Assembly (NCBI GenBank): GCA_001823695.1
Contig: MHVD01000002.1
Coordinates: forward strand, 15,215-79,214
Reading direction: 5' to 3'
DNA from: Candidatus Zambryskibacteria bacterium RIFCSPHIGHO2_01_FULL_43_25
GTDB lineage: Bacteria; Patescibacteriota; Minisyncoccia; Phycocordibacterales; Zambryskibacteraceae
Length of the DNA stretch: 64,000 nucleotides
The notes beneath the pieces are model-generated. The model worked only from the letters and a program-made list of their open reading frames with translations, made no database searches and was not told where the DNA came from. A program made the translations under genes and the position numbers. How positions within the stretch are numbered: position 1 is the stretch's first letter; each line of letters starts with the position of its first letter. Positions 56,585 through 64,000 of the stretch are shown one piece after another.

Positions 56585-59500
56585 ATGTCGGAAATCTCCT
56601 TTGAAAATGCCTATAAAAAGCTGAACAAAGAGCAGAGAGAGGCGGTGGACACCGTTGAGGGGCCTGTTATGGTCATAGCCGGACCAGGAACGGGCAAAAC
56701 CTCAATTCTCACTTTGCGTATTGCCAATATCCTGCGCCGGACGGATACAAGCCCGGGCAGTATATTGGCGCTGACCTTTACCGAATCCGGCGTTCATTCA
56801 ATGAGGCGCAAACTCGTGGAAATTATCGGGCCTGCCGCATACAGGGTTGGCATATTCACTTTTCACGGATTTTGCAATGAAGTCATGAGAAGATTCCCGG
56901 ACTGCTTTGAAAGAATTTTGGGCGGGCACTTAGCAACCGAAGTGGACCAAATCAAAGTTGTTGAAAACATAATTAGGGATGGCAAATTCCACCACCTGAA
57001 ACTCTTTGGCAACAATTTCTTCTATGCCCGTCCGGCTCTGCAGTCTATCAGGTCGCTTAAAAGAGAGAATATAACGCCGAAAGAATTTTCCGGTATTCTG
57101 GCCGAAAAACAAAAAGAATTTGACAGCTTTCCTAACCTCTATCACGAGAGGGGACAGTACAAGGGCCGTCTCAAAGGCAGGTACGCCGAATTACAGAAAA
57201 AAATTGAAAAAAACAGGGAATTGTCATCTCTCTATTTAAGTTACGAGAAAGCGCTCAAGAAAGACAACCTGTACGACTACGAAGATATGATAATTGAAGT
57301 TGTTTTGGCCCTTGAGAAAAATAATGACTTACTGCTTATGCTTGAGGAAGAGTACCAGTACATACTTGCCGACGAGCACCAGGACGCCAACAACGCCCAG
57401 AACAAAATTCTTCTGCTTCTGTCTTCATTCCACAAATCCCCCAACCTGTTCATAGTCGGCGACGAGAAACAGGCGATTTACCGCTTTCAGGGCGCGTCCT
57501 TGGAGAATTTCCTATATTTCAAGAAGAAGTTTAAGGACGCTCAAGTTATAAGGTTGCCGATAAATTATCGCTCCACGCAAAAGATTCTTGACGCTTCTCA
57601 CACTTTGATAATGAAGGCTGGCGATTCGAACCACAGTTTGCGCAGGAGATTAATCGCAAAAAACAAGAAACTGGGCCGGGCGATAAAGTTTTATGAATTT
57701 GAATCCGCCGATGCCGAGCCGCTGTTCTTGATTACCGATATAGAAAAGAAAATAGAAAGCGGTGTGACGCCGTCAGACATTGCCGTGCTTTTCCGCGATA
57801 ATAATGACGCAGTACCGATAGTTCAGGTGATGGAGAAAACGGATATACCTTTTTTGGTTCTCTCAAGCGACGATGTGTTGGAGGATTCTCTTATCAGACA
57901 ATACATCGCTCTGCTTAAGGCGGTAAATAACTTTGGCAATGATGATTATCTTTCGAGGGTTCTGTTCGCCGAGTTTCTGTCCATCGCGCCGCTTGATGCC
58001 TACAGGATAAACAAATACGCGCATACCCGCCGCCTTGGCGTATCGGCAGTTCTTGAGAGTCGAAATGAGCTGGCGCGCTCCGGAGTAACCGACAAAATAA
58101 AGTTTAAAAAACTCTATTCTGATATGAGCAGGTGGTCCAAAGTTGCCAAGAATGACGGGCTCCTGTCTTCTGCCGAAAAAATTGCCAGAGAGTCTGGCTT
58201 TATTGATTATTTGATGTCACAGAAGAACTCCGTTTCAAATTTTGAGAAAATTGACGCCCTTTTCCGGCAGATGAGATCAATAGTGGAGACCCACAGGGAT
58301 TACACCTTGGCTGATTTCATTGAATATATATCGGTCTTGGAAAACCATTCAATCCGAATGGAGATACCCTACAGGCCGGTATTCAAGACGGGTGTCCACC
58401 TTATGACCGCCCACCGCTCCAAAGGGCTGGAGTTTAAGTATGTTTACATCGTCGGAGCTTACGATGGACACTGGGGCAACCGCCGCGCCGTTGTGCATTT
58501 TCATCTTCCCATAACAGGCAAGCCGCTTATCGGTTTTGATGAAGACGAAGATGAACGTCGGCTTTTTTATGTCGCTCTAACCAGGGCGAAAGACGAAGTG
58601 GTGATTACTTCATCCAAATGGAGCAAGGACAACAAGCCGCGCCTGCCAAGCCGGTTTGTGGAAGAGATTGACATGAAGTTCTTGGAGAAAGTGTCGCCGG
58701 TGCCGGAGAAGGAACTTTCAAAATTGAAGGAAGGCCTCATTCACAAAACGCCGCAGGGCGGTGCTGGTGTCGACGATGCCGAATACCTGCGAAATTTATT
58801 TCTGGACCAAGGCTTGTCGGTTACGGCTGTCAACAATTATTTGGAGTGTCCGTGGAAATTCTTTTTTCAAAATCTTATACGCGTGCCGAAAAATCCGGAA
58901 AAGCACCAGCTCTACGGGACGGCTGTACACGAAGCGCTTAAATATTTCTTTGATAAGTACAAAGACGGTTACAATCCAACACTAAAGGATCTGAAAGACT
59001 GGTTTAGCATAGCAGTATCGAGAAAGCCTCTGTCCCAGAATGATTTCGCCGAAGCTCTTGACCGCGGTGGCAAGGCGCTTGCCGGCTATTTCAAGAAATA
59101 CAATAAGTTGTGGCCGAGGGCGATTATAAACGAGTTGGCGATAGCCGGCGTCTTCATTCCCATTGACGGGGGCAAGAAAATTCTTTTGCGTGGCATATTG
59201 GACAAAGTGGAATTTATCTCCGGAAGCGAAGTTAGAGTCGTTGATTACAAAACCGGCAAGCCTCGTTCGCGCAATGACATTTTGGGCAAAACTAAAGGTT
59301 CGAAGGGCAATATAGGGCGCCAGCTTGATTTTTATAACGTGCTTCTTCAGGATTATGAGAATGGAAAGTACAGAATGAAAGAGGGGATGATTGATTTTGT
59401 GGAGCCCAATGATCAAGGCAATTACCGGCAGGAGAAATTTGAAGCGAATGGTCAAGACGCGGAAGAGCTGAAAAATTTGATTAAAAAAATAGCTTCCGAA

Positions 59501-59596
59501 ATATACTCCCTGTCGTTTTGGGACAAGAGGTGTGGGGATCGCAATTGCGAGTATTGCCGCTTAAGAGGGTCAATAAGCGCCGCCGAGCTTCACTGA
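56585..59596 (+). CDS. UvrD/PcrA-like SF1 helicase fused to a C-terminal PD-(D/E)xK (Cas4/AddB-like, 4-Cys) nuclease
   Basis: Walker A AGPGTGKTS, motif II ADEHQD. C-terminal RVVDYKTGKP nuclease motif and Cys cluster C...C-x4-C-x2-C. Confidence 0.7.
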   Translation: MSEISFENAYKKLNKEQREAVDTVEGPVMVIAGPGTGKTSILTLRIANILRRTDTSPGSILALTFTESGVHSMRRKLVEIIGPAAYRVGIFTFHGFCNEVMRRFPDCFERILGGHLATEVDQIKVVENIIRDGKFHHLKLFGNNFFYARPALQSIRSLKRENITPKEFSGILAEKQKEFDSFPNLYHERGQYKGRLKGRYAELQKKIEKNRELSSLYLSYEKALKKDNLYDYEDMIIEVVLALEKNNDLLLMLEEEYQYILADEHQDANNAQNKILLLLSSFHKSPNLFIVGDEKQAIYRFQGASLENFLYFKKKFKDAQVIRLPINYRSTQKILDASHTLIMKAGDSNHSLRRRLIAKNKKLGRAIKFYEFESADAEPLFLITDIEKKIESGVTPSDIAVLFRDNNDAVPIVQVMEKTDIPFLVLSSDDVLEDSLIRQYIALLKAVNNFGNDDYLSRVLFAEFLSIAPLDAYRINKYAHTRRLGVSAVLESRNELARSGVTDKIKFKKLYSDMSRWSKVAKNDGLLSSAEKIARESGFIDYLMSQKNSVSNFEKIDALFRQMRSIVETHRDYTLADFIEYISVLENHSIRMEIPYRPVFKTGVHLMTAHRSKGLEFKYVYIVGAYDGHWGNRRAVVHFHLPITGKPLIGFDEDEDERRLFYVALTRAKDEVVITSSKWSKDNKPRLPSRFVEEIDMKFLEKVSPVPEKELSKLKEGLIHKTPQGGAGVDDAEYLRNLFLDQGLSVTAVNNYLECPWKFFFQNLIRVPKNPEKHQLYGTAVHEALKYFFDKYKDGYNPTLKDLKDWFSIAVSRKPLSQNDFAEALDRGGKALAGYFKKYNKLWPRAIINELAIAGVFIPIDGGKKILLRGILDKVEFISGSEVRVVDYKTGKPRSRNDILGKTKGSKGNIGRQLDFYNVLLQDYENGKYRMKEGMIDFVEPNDQGNYRQEKFEANGQDAEELKNLIKKIASEIYSLSFWDKRCGDRNCEYCRLRGSISAAELH

Positions 59597-60303
59597 ATGC
59601 CTTGGTTGAGAAGAGCCGCGTCAATGATGGTTTTCATCACATCATAGGGCTGGCCGCCTTCTATGGCGATTCTTTCTCCGCTTCTGGTGACAAGTATGCT
59701 ATAAGGAGTTCCTCCGGCTCCGGCCAATACAGCGTCTTGGAAGTCTTCTTGGATTTTGTTTGCATATTTGCCGCTTGAAAGACAGGATTCAAAATCGGAA
59801 ACTTTAATTCCAACCTCGTCCGCTATTTTGGGCAACTCGCTAAGATCAAGTCCGTTATTTGACGGGGTCTTTGCAAATAATGCGTCAATATAGACCCAGA
59901 ATTCTTCTTTGCCTCCAAGCTCTGCCGCGCACTCCGTAGCTTCCGCTTCTTTTCTGGCTTTGGAATGCAGACTGTCAATGGGGAAGTGGCGATACACCCA
60001 AGCCAGTTTTCCGTCCTTGCCGTACTCATCTATCAGACGGTGCATCGTATTGTGGAAAGTTTTGCAGAAAGGGCACTCCGTATCGGAGTATTCAACTATC
60101 ACGACTGGCGCGTTCGGATTGCCCAATATATGGTCATCCTCGCTCACCGCGCGTATATTTATGCCGCGCACCACGCTGTCATCGTTATTGAATATCTTGG
60201 AATCAGTTTGCCGGTTTGAAAGATAAAACCCAGCACCCACCAAAGCGCCGGCTAGAATGATTGCTACCGGTAGCATAAACGGACTGCCTTTTTGTGTTTC
60301 CAT
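59590..60303 (-). CDS. DsbA-like thiol:disulfide oxidoreductase, membrane-anchored
   Basis: N-terminal TM and CPFC active site within a thioredoxin fold. Confidence 0.65.
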   Translation of the reverse strand: METQKGSPFMLPVAIILAGALVGAGFYLSNRQTDSKIFNNDDSVVRGINIRAVSEDDHILGNPNAPVVIVEYSDTECPFCKTFHNTMHRLIDEYGKDGKLAWVYRHFPIDSLHSKARKEAEATECAAELGGKEEFWVYIDALFAKTPSNNGLDLSELPKIADEVGIKVSDFESCLSSGKYANKIQEDFQDAVLAGAGGTPYSILVTRSGERIAIEGGQPYDVMKTIIDAALLNQGIQ

Positions 60304-60434
60304 GTTGGAAACTAAGTATACTTCCTAAACTCACAACTAACAACCTGCTACCCACAGCTTGTAACTTATAACTTGTGTCTAACAATCGATAAGCTTATGA
60401 CGGACAACCAATAATTGACGAATAATCGACGAAA

Positions 60435-60486
60435 AACAAAACAACACATAAAAACCGCTATAGCGGTTTTTATGTGTTGTTTTGTT
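60435..60486. repeat. 52-bp perfect palindrome (family member 2) in a divergent promoter region
   Basis: aacaaaacaacacataaaaaccgcta|tagcggtttttatgtgttgttttgtt. It shares the core with the 31395-31436 palindrome, differing by compensatory substitutions. Confidence 0.8.
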
Positions 60487-60570
60487 ATGCGATATACATG
60501 GTGTGTATTATGTTAGAAAATGGTATATACAATACCCGAAAAAGTGGCGGAAATATGCTAACCTACACTC

Positions 60571-61371
60571 ATGTCTTTTTTTGAAGCGACAATCCTAGGC
60601 CTGGTTCAGGGCCTTGCCGAGTTCATACCAGTTTCATCTTCCGGCCATCTTATCTTGGCCAGAGAATTTTTCAGCCTCGCCAGTTTTGAAGATTTGGCGG
60701 TTGACGCCGTGCTTCAGCTGGCGACCGCCCTGGCCGTACTTTTATATTTCCGCCGCGATGTCCTGTCTCTGCTTCGGACTTTTTTCAGATGGATCGGACG
60801 AAAACCCGTCTCGGATACAGATTCAAAAATGTTATTAGCTATAATTATTGGCACTATACCAACAGTGGTATTCGGGCTTCTTCTTGAGAATTATATGGAA
60901 ACAGTTTTCAGGAACGCATCCTTGGTAGCGTTGGCACTTCTAGCCGGAAGCGCGTTGATGATGTTTGCCGAAAAGCGCTTCAATAGCTCTGCCGTTAAAG
61001 AAATTTCGGCCAAGATGGGATTCTTCGTTGGTCTTTTTCAGTCTCTGGCTTTGATACCCGGGGTATCGCGTTCCGGTGCAACGATTTCCGGAGGGTTATT
61101 AAATGGTTTAAGCAGGGTAGAAGCGGCGCGTTTTAGCTTTCTTCTGTCTTTGCCCATAATCTTGGGTTCAGGAATTAAAAAACTTCTTGAACTTAATATA
61201 GGAGGCTCTCTCTCCGATATCGGTTTGCCACTTCTCCTTGGGGCAGTAGTTGCTTTCGTATCAGGTTTTTGGGCTATAAAATTCCTTATAAATTATCTGA
61301 AAACCAGAACTCTCAATGTATTTATCATTTACAGAATTGTTCTGGCTGTTTTGATTTTTATTCTTTTGTAA
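60571..61371 (+). CDS. uppP: Undecaprenyl-diphosphatase
   Basis: GLVQGLAEFIPVSSSGH... and ...PGVSRSGATISGG BacA motifs. Confidence 0.85.
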   Translation: MSFFEATILGLVQGLAEFIPVSSSGHLILAREFFSLASFEDLAVDAVLQLATALAVLLYFRRDVLSLLRTFFRWIGRKPVSDTDSKMLLAIIIGTIPTVVFGLLLENYMETVFRNASLVALALLAGSALMMFAEKRFNSSAVKEISAKMGFFVGLFQSLALIPGVSRSGATISGGLLNGLSRVEAARFSFLLSLPIILGSGIKKLLELNIGGSLSDIGLPLLLGAVVAFVSGFWAIKFLINYLKTRTLNVFIIYRIVLAVLIFILL

Positions 61372-61460
61372 AACATTCAACCTACAAGTCAGACCTGTAG
61401 GAAACGATCTGTAGGAAACATGTGTTTTTTATTATCAGTAATTGCAATAAAAGTGAAAGC

Positions 61461-61505
61461 CCGCCGGTGCTTGCCTGCCTGAGCAGACAGGCGCGCGCGG
61501 CGGGC
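61461..61505 (-). terminator. Complex GC hairpin terminator for the minus-strand GC-rich gene
   Basis: gcccgccg...gcctgcctgagcagacaggc...cggcgggc; on the minus strand it is followed by tttcacttttatt. Confidence 0.5.
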
Positions 61506-61513
61506 CCATTTCC

Positions 61514-61822
61514 TTACCGTAGTAAGGGAACGACATAGAGGGTTCCGGTTCGGCTGAGGGTGTTGAAGTATACCCGGTGTCGCTTGCCGAGCATGTTGAG
61601 GACGAGGTTCCAGCTGTTACCGCTACCGTCCTCAACCTGAATGCTTTCAATGAATGCATCGAATACTTCACCCTTCACCTTGAATTGCGGATTCGTCTGC
61701 AGGATCATCGGTTCCACAGTGAAGGAAATCTTTCTTCCTTCATGCCGAAGCCGGAGGGCGTCGAAGAGTTGTTCCCGCGACGGGCCAGCGACGATGATTT
61801 TCCGTGTCTCTTGGTTGGTCAT
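61514..61822 (-). CDS. Hypothetical protein (102 aa) on a GC-rich (~54% GC) cassette
   Basis: GGAGG 6 nt before the ATG (MTNQETRK...). No recognisable domain. Confidence 0.45.
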   Translation of the reverse strand: MTNQETRKIIVAGPSREQLFDALRLRHEGRKISFTVEPMILQTNPQFKVKGEVFDAFIESIQVEDGSGNSWNLVLNMLGKRHRVYFNTLSRTGTLYVVPLLR

Positions 61823-61912
61823 AACGACCTCCATGAAGAACAATCTCCTTATTGGGGAAGAAGTACCCCGTTGCTCCGAGGAGCCACCTACCCATAACGA
61901 GTAGGAATTCTT

Positions 61913-61947
61913 TTTACATTATATCACATTTAATATATAAAAGTCAA
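61913..61947 (-). promoter_or_regulatory. Consensus promoter TTGACT-18-TATAAT on the minus strand driving the GC-rich 61514-61822 gene
   Basis: Minus strand reads gcTTGACTtttatatattaaatgtgaTATAATgt. Confidence 0.5.
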
Positions 61948-62063
61948 GCACAAAATTCCGCTAACTAGCGGACCTTATTTTAAGCCACATTTTGACCGTC
62001 TTAATTCTTTATTCCCCGACTGAACGATGTCAGTCGTTCGGGCGGGCTGATTCCTTATTCTAA

Positions 62064-62639
62064 TCAAAATGGCAACGTATGCGTAATAGAATTCTCCTCA
62101 AATCTCTCCCATTCGCTGGTGTCTAGAGGTATTTCTATCAACTTTCCGCCCTCTTTAAAAATCAGTTTGTTGTTGGCAATCGCGAAGTCGTAAATCTCTT
62201 TGGTGATTTTCACATCCTCAAGGCAGTAATCTATAACTTTCTGATATTCTCTTTTTTTCCACCACTCGTTTGCCATAAAGCTATGAGCGGTTTTATTTCT
62301 GCCGAGCGTCCCTTCGGCTATTTGGTTCAGCTTCATTCTTCGGCCGTATGAATTTTTTATCTCATGCAGAATATCCAAACTTTTTATTTTTGTAAGATCG
62401 CCCGGGTAGTATTTGTTGAGCAGGGGAATGTCGAAGTGGTCCGAATTGAAGCCGATAAGCATGTCTGCTTTTTCTATAATGGGCCAAAGGCCTTTCAGCT
62501 GATTTTCCGGAAAAGAGCTGTATAAATTCGTTTCCGAGTCATAAATGCATACGACAGAAATATCCAGAGCCGCCGGATCATTCACACCAACGTCAGGGAA
62601 AAAATTGCTGGTCTCAATATCAAAGACTATTTTGCGCAT
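62064..62639 (-). CDS. DEDD-family 3'-5' exonuclease (PolB-exonuclease-like / COG3298-type)
   Basis: Exo I VFDIETS, Exo II FNSDHFDIPLL, Exo III YCLEDV. Confidence 0.6.
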   Translation of the reverse strand: MRKIVFDIETSNFFPDVGVNDPAALDISVVCIYDSETNLYSSFPENQLKGLWPIIEKADMLIGFNSDHFDIPLLNKYYPGDLTKIKSLDILHEIKNSYGRRMKLNQIAEGTLGRNKTAHSFMANEWWKKREYQKVIDYCLEDVKITKEIYDFAIANNKLIFKEGGKLIEIPLDTSEWERFEENSITHTLPF

Positions 62640-63878
62640 TTACCGCTGGTTATCTTTTAGAAAATTAACCACTCCATCTTCATCAAATTCCCGCTCATCT
62701 CCTGAAGATAGCTCTTTTATTTTAAATTTATTTGTGTTCTGCTCTTCTTCGCCGAAAGCCATAAAGAAGGGAACTCTGTTTTTGTCTGCCGCTTTGATTT
62801 TATCGCCAACTTTTCTGTTTGTAGTATCGGTGGCGACATTCAACTCCCGCTCTCTTAGTCTTTTGGCTATGGAGATTGTATTGGGAACATCGTCCTCGTT
62901 TATTGAAGCTATGCAAATTTGTGTTTCTGGCTTATAAGCAGGCAAGAGGTTTCGTGATTTCAAAAATTCACGGAGAGTAACATCTCCCATGCCAAAGCCG
63001 ACAGCCGGAATGCTTTCATCATCAAAGAGTTTCGTCAGGTCGTCATAGCGCCCTCCGCCAAAGATTGAACGGGGATTGTCTTTATTTGTGTCAAATACTT
63101 CAAATATCATGCCGGTATAGTAATCAAACCCGCGAGCTAGAGCGGGCGAGAATGATGTGTTATTGATGCCGATCTCTCCAAGCGCGCTTATTATCTGTTT
63201 AGTTTTCTCACTTTCCTCAAATTCCAACTCTAGAGATTCACCGAGAATCTCTGCCGCTCTTTTCCGAAAATCCGAGCCAGAAATTTTGTCCTTTTTATCA
63301 AGCAATTGCCACATCCCGCGCTCTTGCTCCGGCGAGAGAGATTTTTCTCTCAACCCTTTGAGTTTGTTTTGTCTGTCATTTATCCTGATTTCAAAATCTT
63401 CATCCTTCGCCCCAAAACCTTTCATAATCGCGCAGGCAAGGGAAATTATTTCAATTTCCGCCTCAACGCCGGAAATTCCGAATATGTCGGCATTTAACTG
63501 CCAATGTTCTCTTTGGCGGCCCTTTTGGGGGTTTTCGTAACGAAAGAGGTTTGGTATTGAATACCAGCGAAGAGGAAATCCCAAATCCCGCCTGCGAGCG
63601 GCGACCATACGCGCCGCGGTCGGCGTCATTTCAGGCCGAAGCGTTACACTCCTGCCGCCTCTGTCCGTGAAAGTGTAAGTCTGCTCGTTGACAATTTCCT
63701 CCCCGCTTTTTGCGGCGTATAGTTCCGTCGGCTCAAGAATAGACGCTCCGTATTCCACGTATCCGTACGATTCAACCACTTTGCGGATTTTTTCAAACAT
63801 CCATTTGAGAATCCGCATATCTTCAGGGAAGAAATCGCGCACCCCCCTGTAAGGCCCGGTATCCAGCTTTTTGTTCAT
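62640..63878 (-). CDS. hisS: Histidine--tRNA ligase
   Basis: GVRDFFPEDM, class II motifs and the C-terminal anticodon-binding domain. Confidence 0.9.
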   Translation of the reverse strand: MNKKLDTGPYRGVRDFFPEDMRILKWMFEKIRKVVESYGYVEYGASILEPTELYAAKSGEEIVNEQTYTFTDRGGRSVTLRPEMTPTAARMVAARRRDLGFPLRWYSIPNLFRYENPQKGRQREHWQLNADIFGISGVEAEIEIISLACAIMKGFGAKDEDFEIRINDRQNKLKGLREKSLSPEQERGMWQLLDKKDKISGSDFRKRAAEILGESLELEFEESEKTKQIISALGEIGINNTSFSPALARGFDYYTGMIFEVFDTNKDNPRSIFGGGRYDDLTKLFDDESIPAVGFGMGDVTLREFLKSRNLLPAYKPETQICIASINEDDVPNTISIAKRLRERELNVATDTTNRKVGDKIKAADKNRVPFFMAFGEEEQNTNKFKIKELSSGDEREFDEDGVVNFLKDNQR

Positions 63879-64000
63879 CCCGTTAGAAATCTCTTAGTTT
63901 GTCTTGTAATACGACCATGATTTATTTAATGATTTTTATATTAATACACCCGCAAGTTGCTAAACCACGAAAATGCTTATGCCCAAGTGTTGATGTTTAG

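Overview
The window is a 64 kb, mostly AT-rich (~42-45% GC) chromosomal stretch dominated by co-directional housekeeping genes. These include a glycolysis and non-oxidative pentose-phosphate block (gap, rpiB, rpe, split transketolase, class II fba, a PfkB kinase); ribosomal proteins L25, L31, L32, S2 and S16; tsf, prfA, pheS/pheT, thrS, hisS, gyrB, dnaE, rnhB, rnc, smc, rnr and trmD; rpoB-rpoC and dnaG-rpoD; one tRNA-Thr(UGU); and many intrinsic terminators. There are no rRNA genes and no CRISPR array. Gene content and style (split tkt, short SMC, PheT without the tRNA-binding OB domain, tiny RBSs or leaderless starts, a type IV pilin) suggest a streamlined Patescibacteria/CPR-like genome; that placement is an inference from the sequence. 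Things worth a second look: (1) an HTH_XRE-Panacea (DUF4065) antitoxin-like gene translationally coupled to a RelE/ParE-fold toxin candidate at the window start, next to a possible IS30-like fragment; (2) a complete NlpC/P60 papain-like domain inserted inside the B5 region of PheT, immediately followed by a C39-like peptidase gene; (3) a NusB-NUDIX fusion directly upstream of RNase III; (4) several short GC-rich (52-65% GC) single-gene cassettes embedded in AT-rich DNA, each with its own promoter and terminator, one of them (a CYTH-domain gene) flanked by an exact 16-bp direct repeat that duplicates the 3' end of rnr; (5) an orphan consensus promoter driving an 8-codon ORF plus terminator between thrS and dnaE; (6) a family of very long perfect palindromes showing compensatory changes; (7) a 15-bp in-frame tandem repeat (NNGIS x ~6) in a small exported protein.
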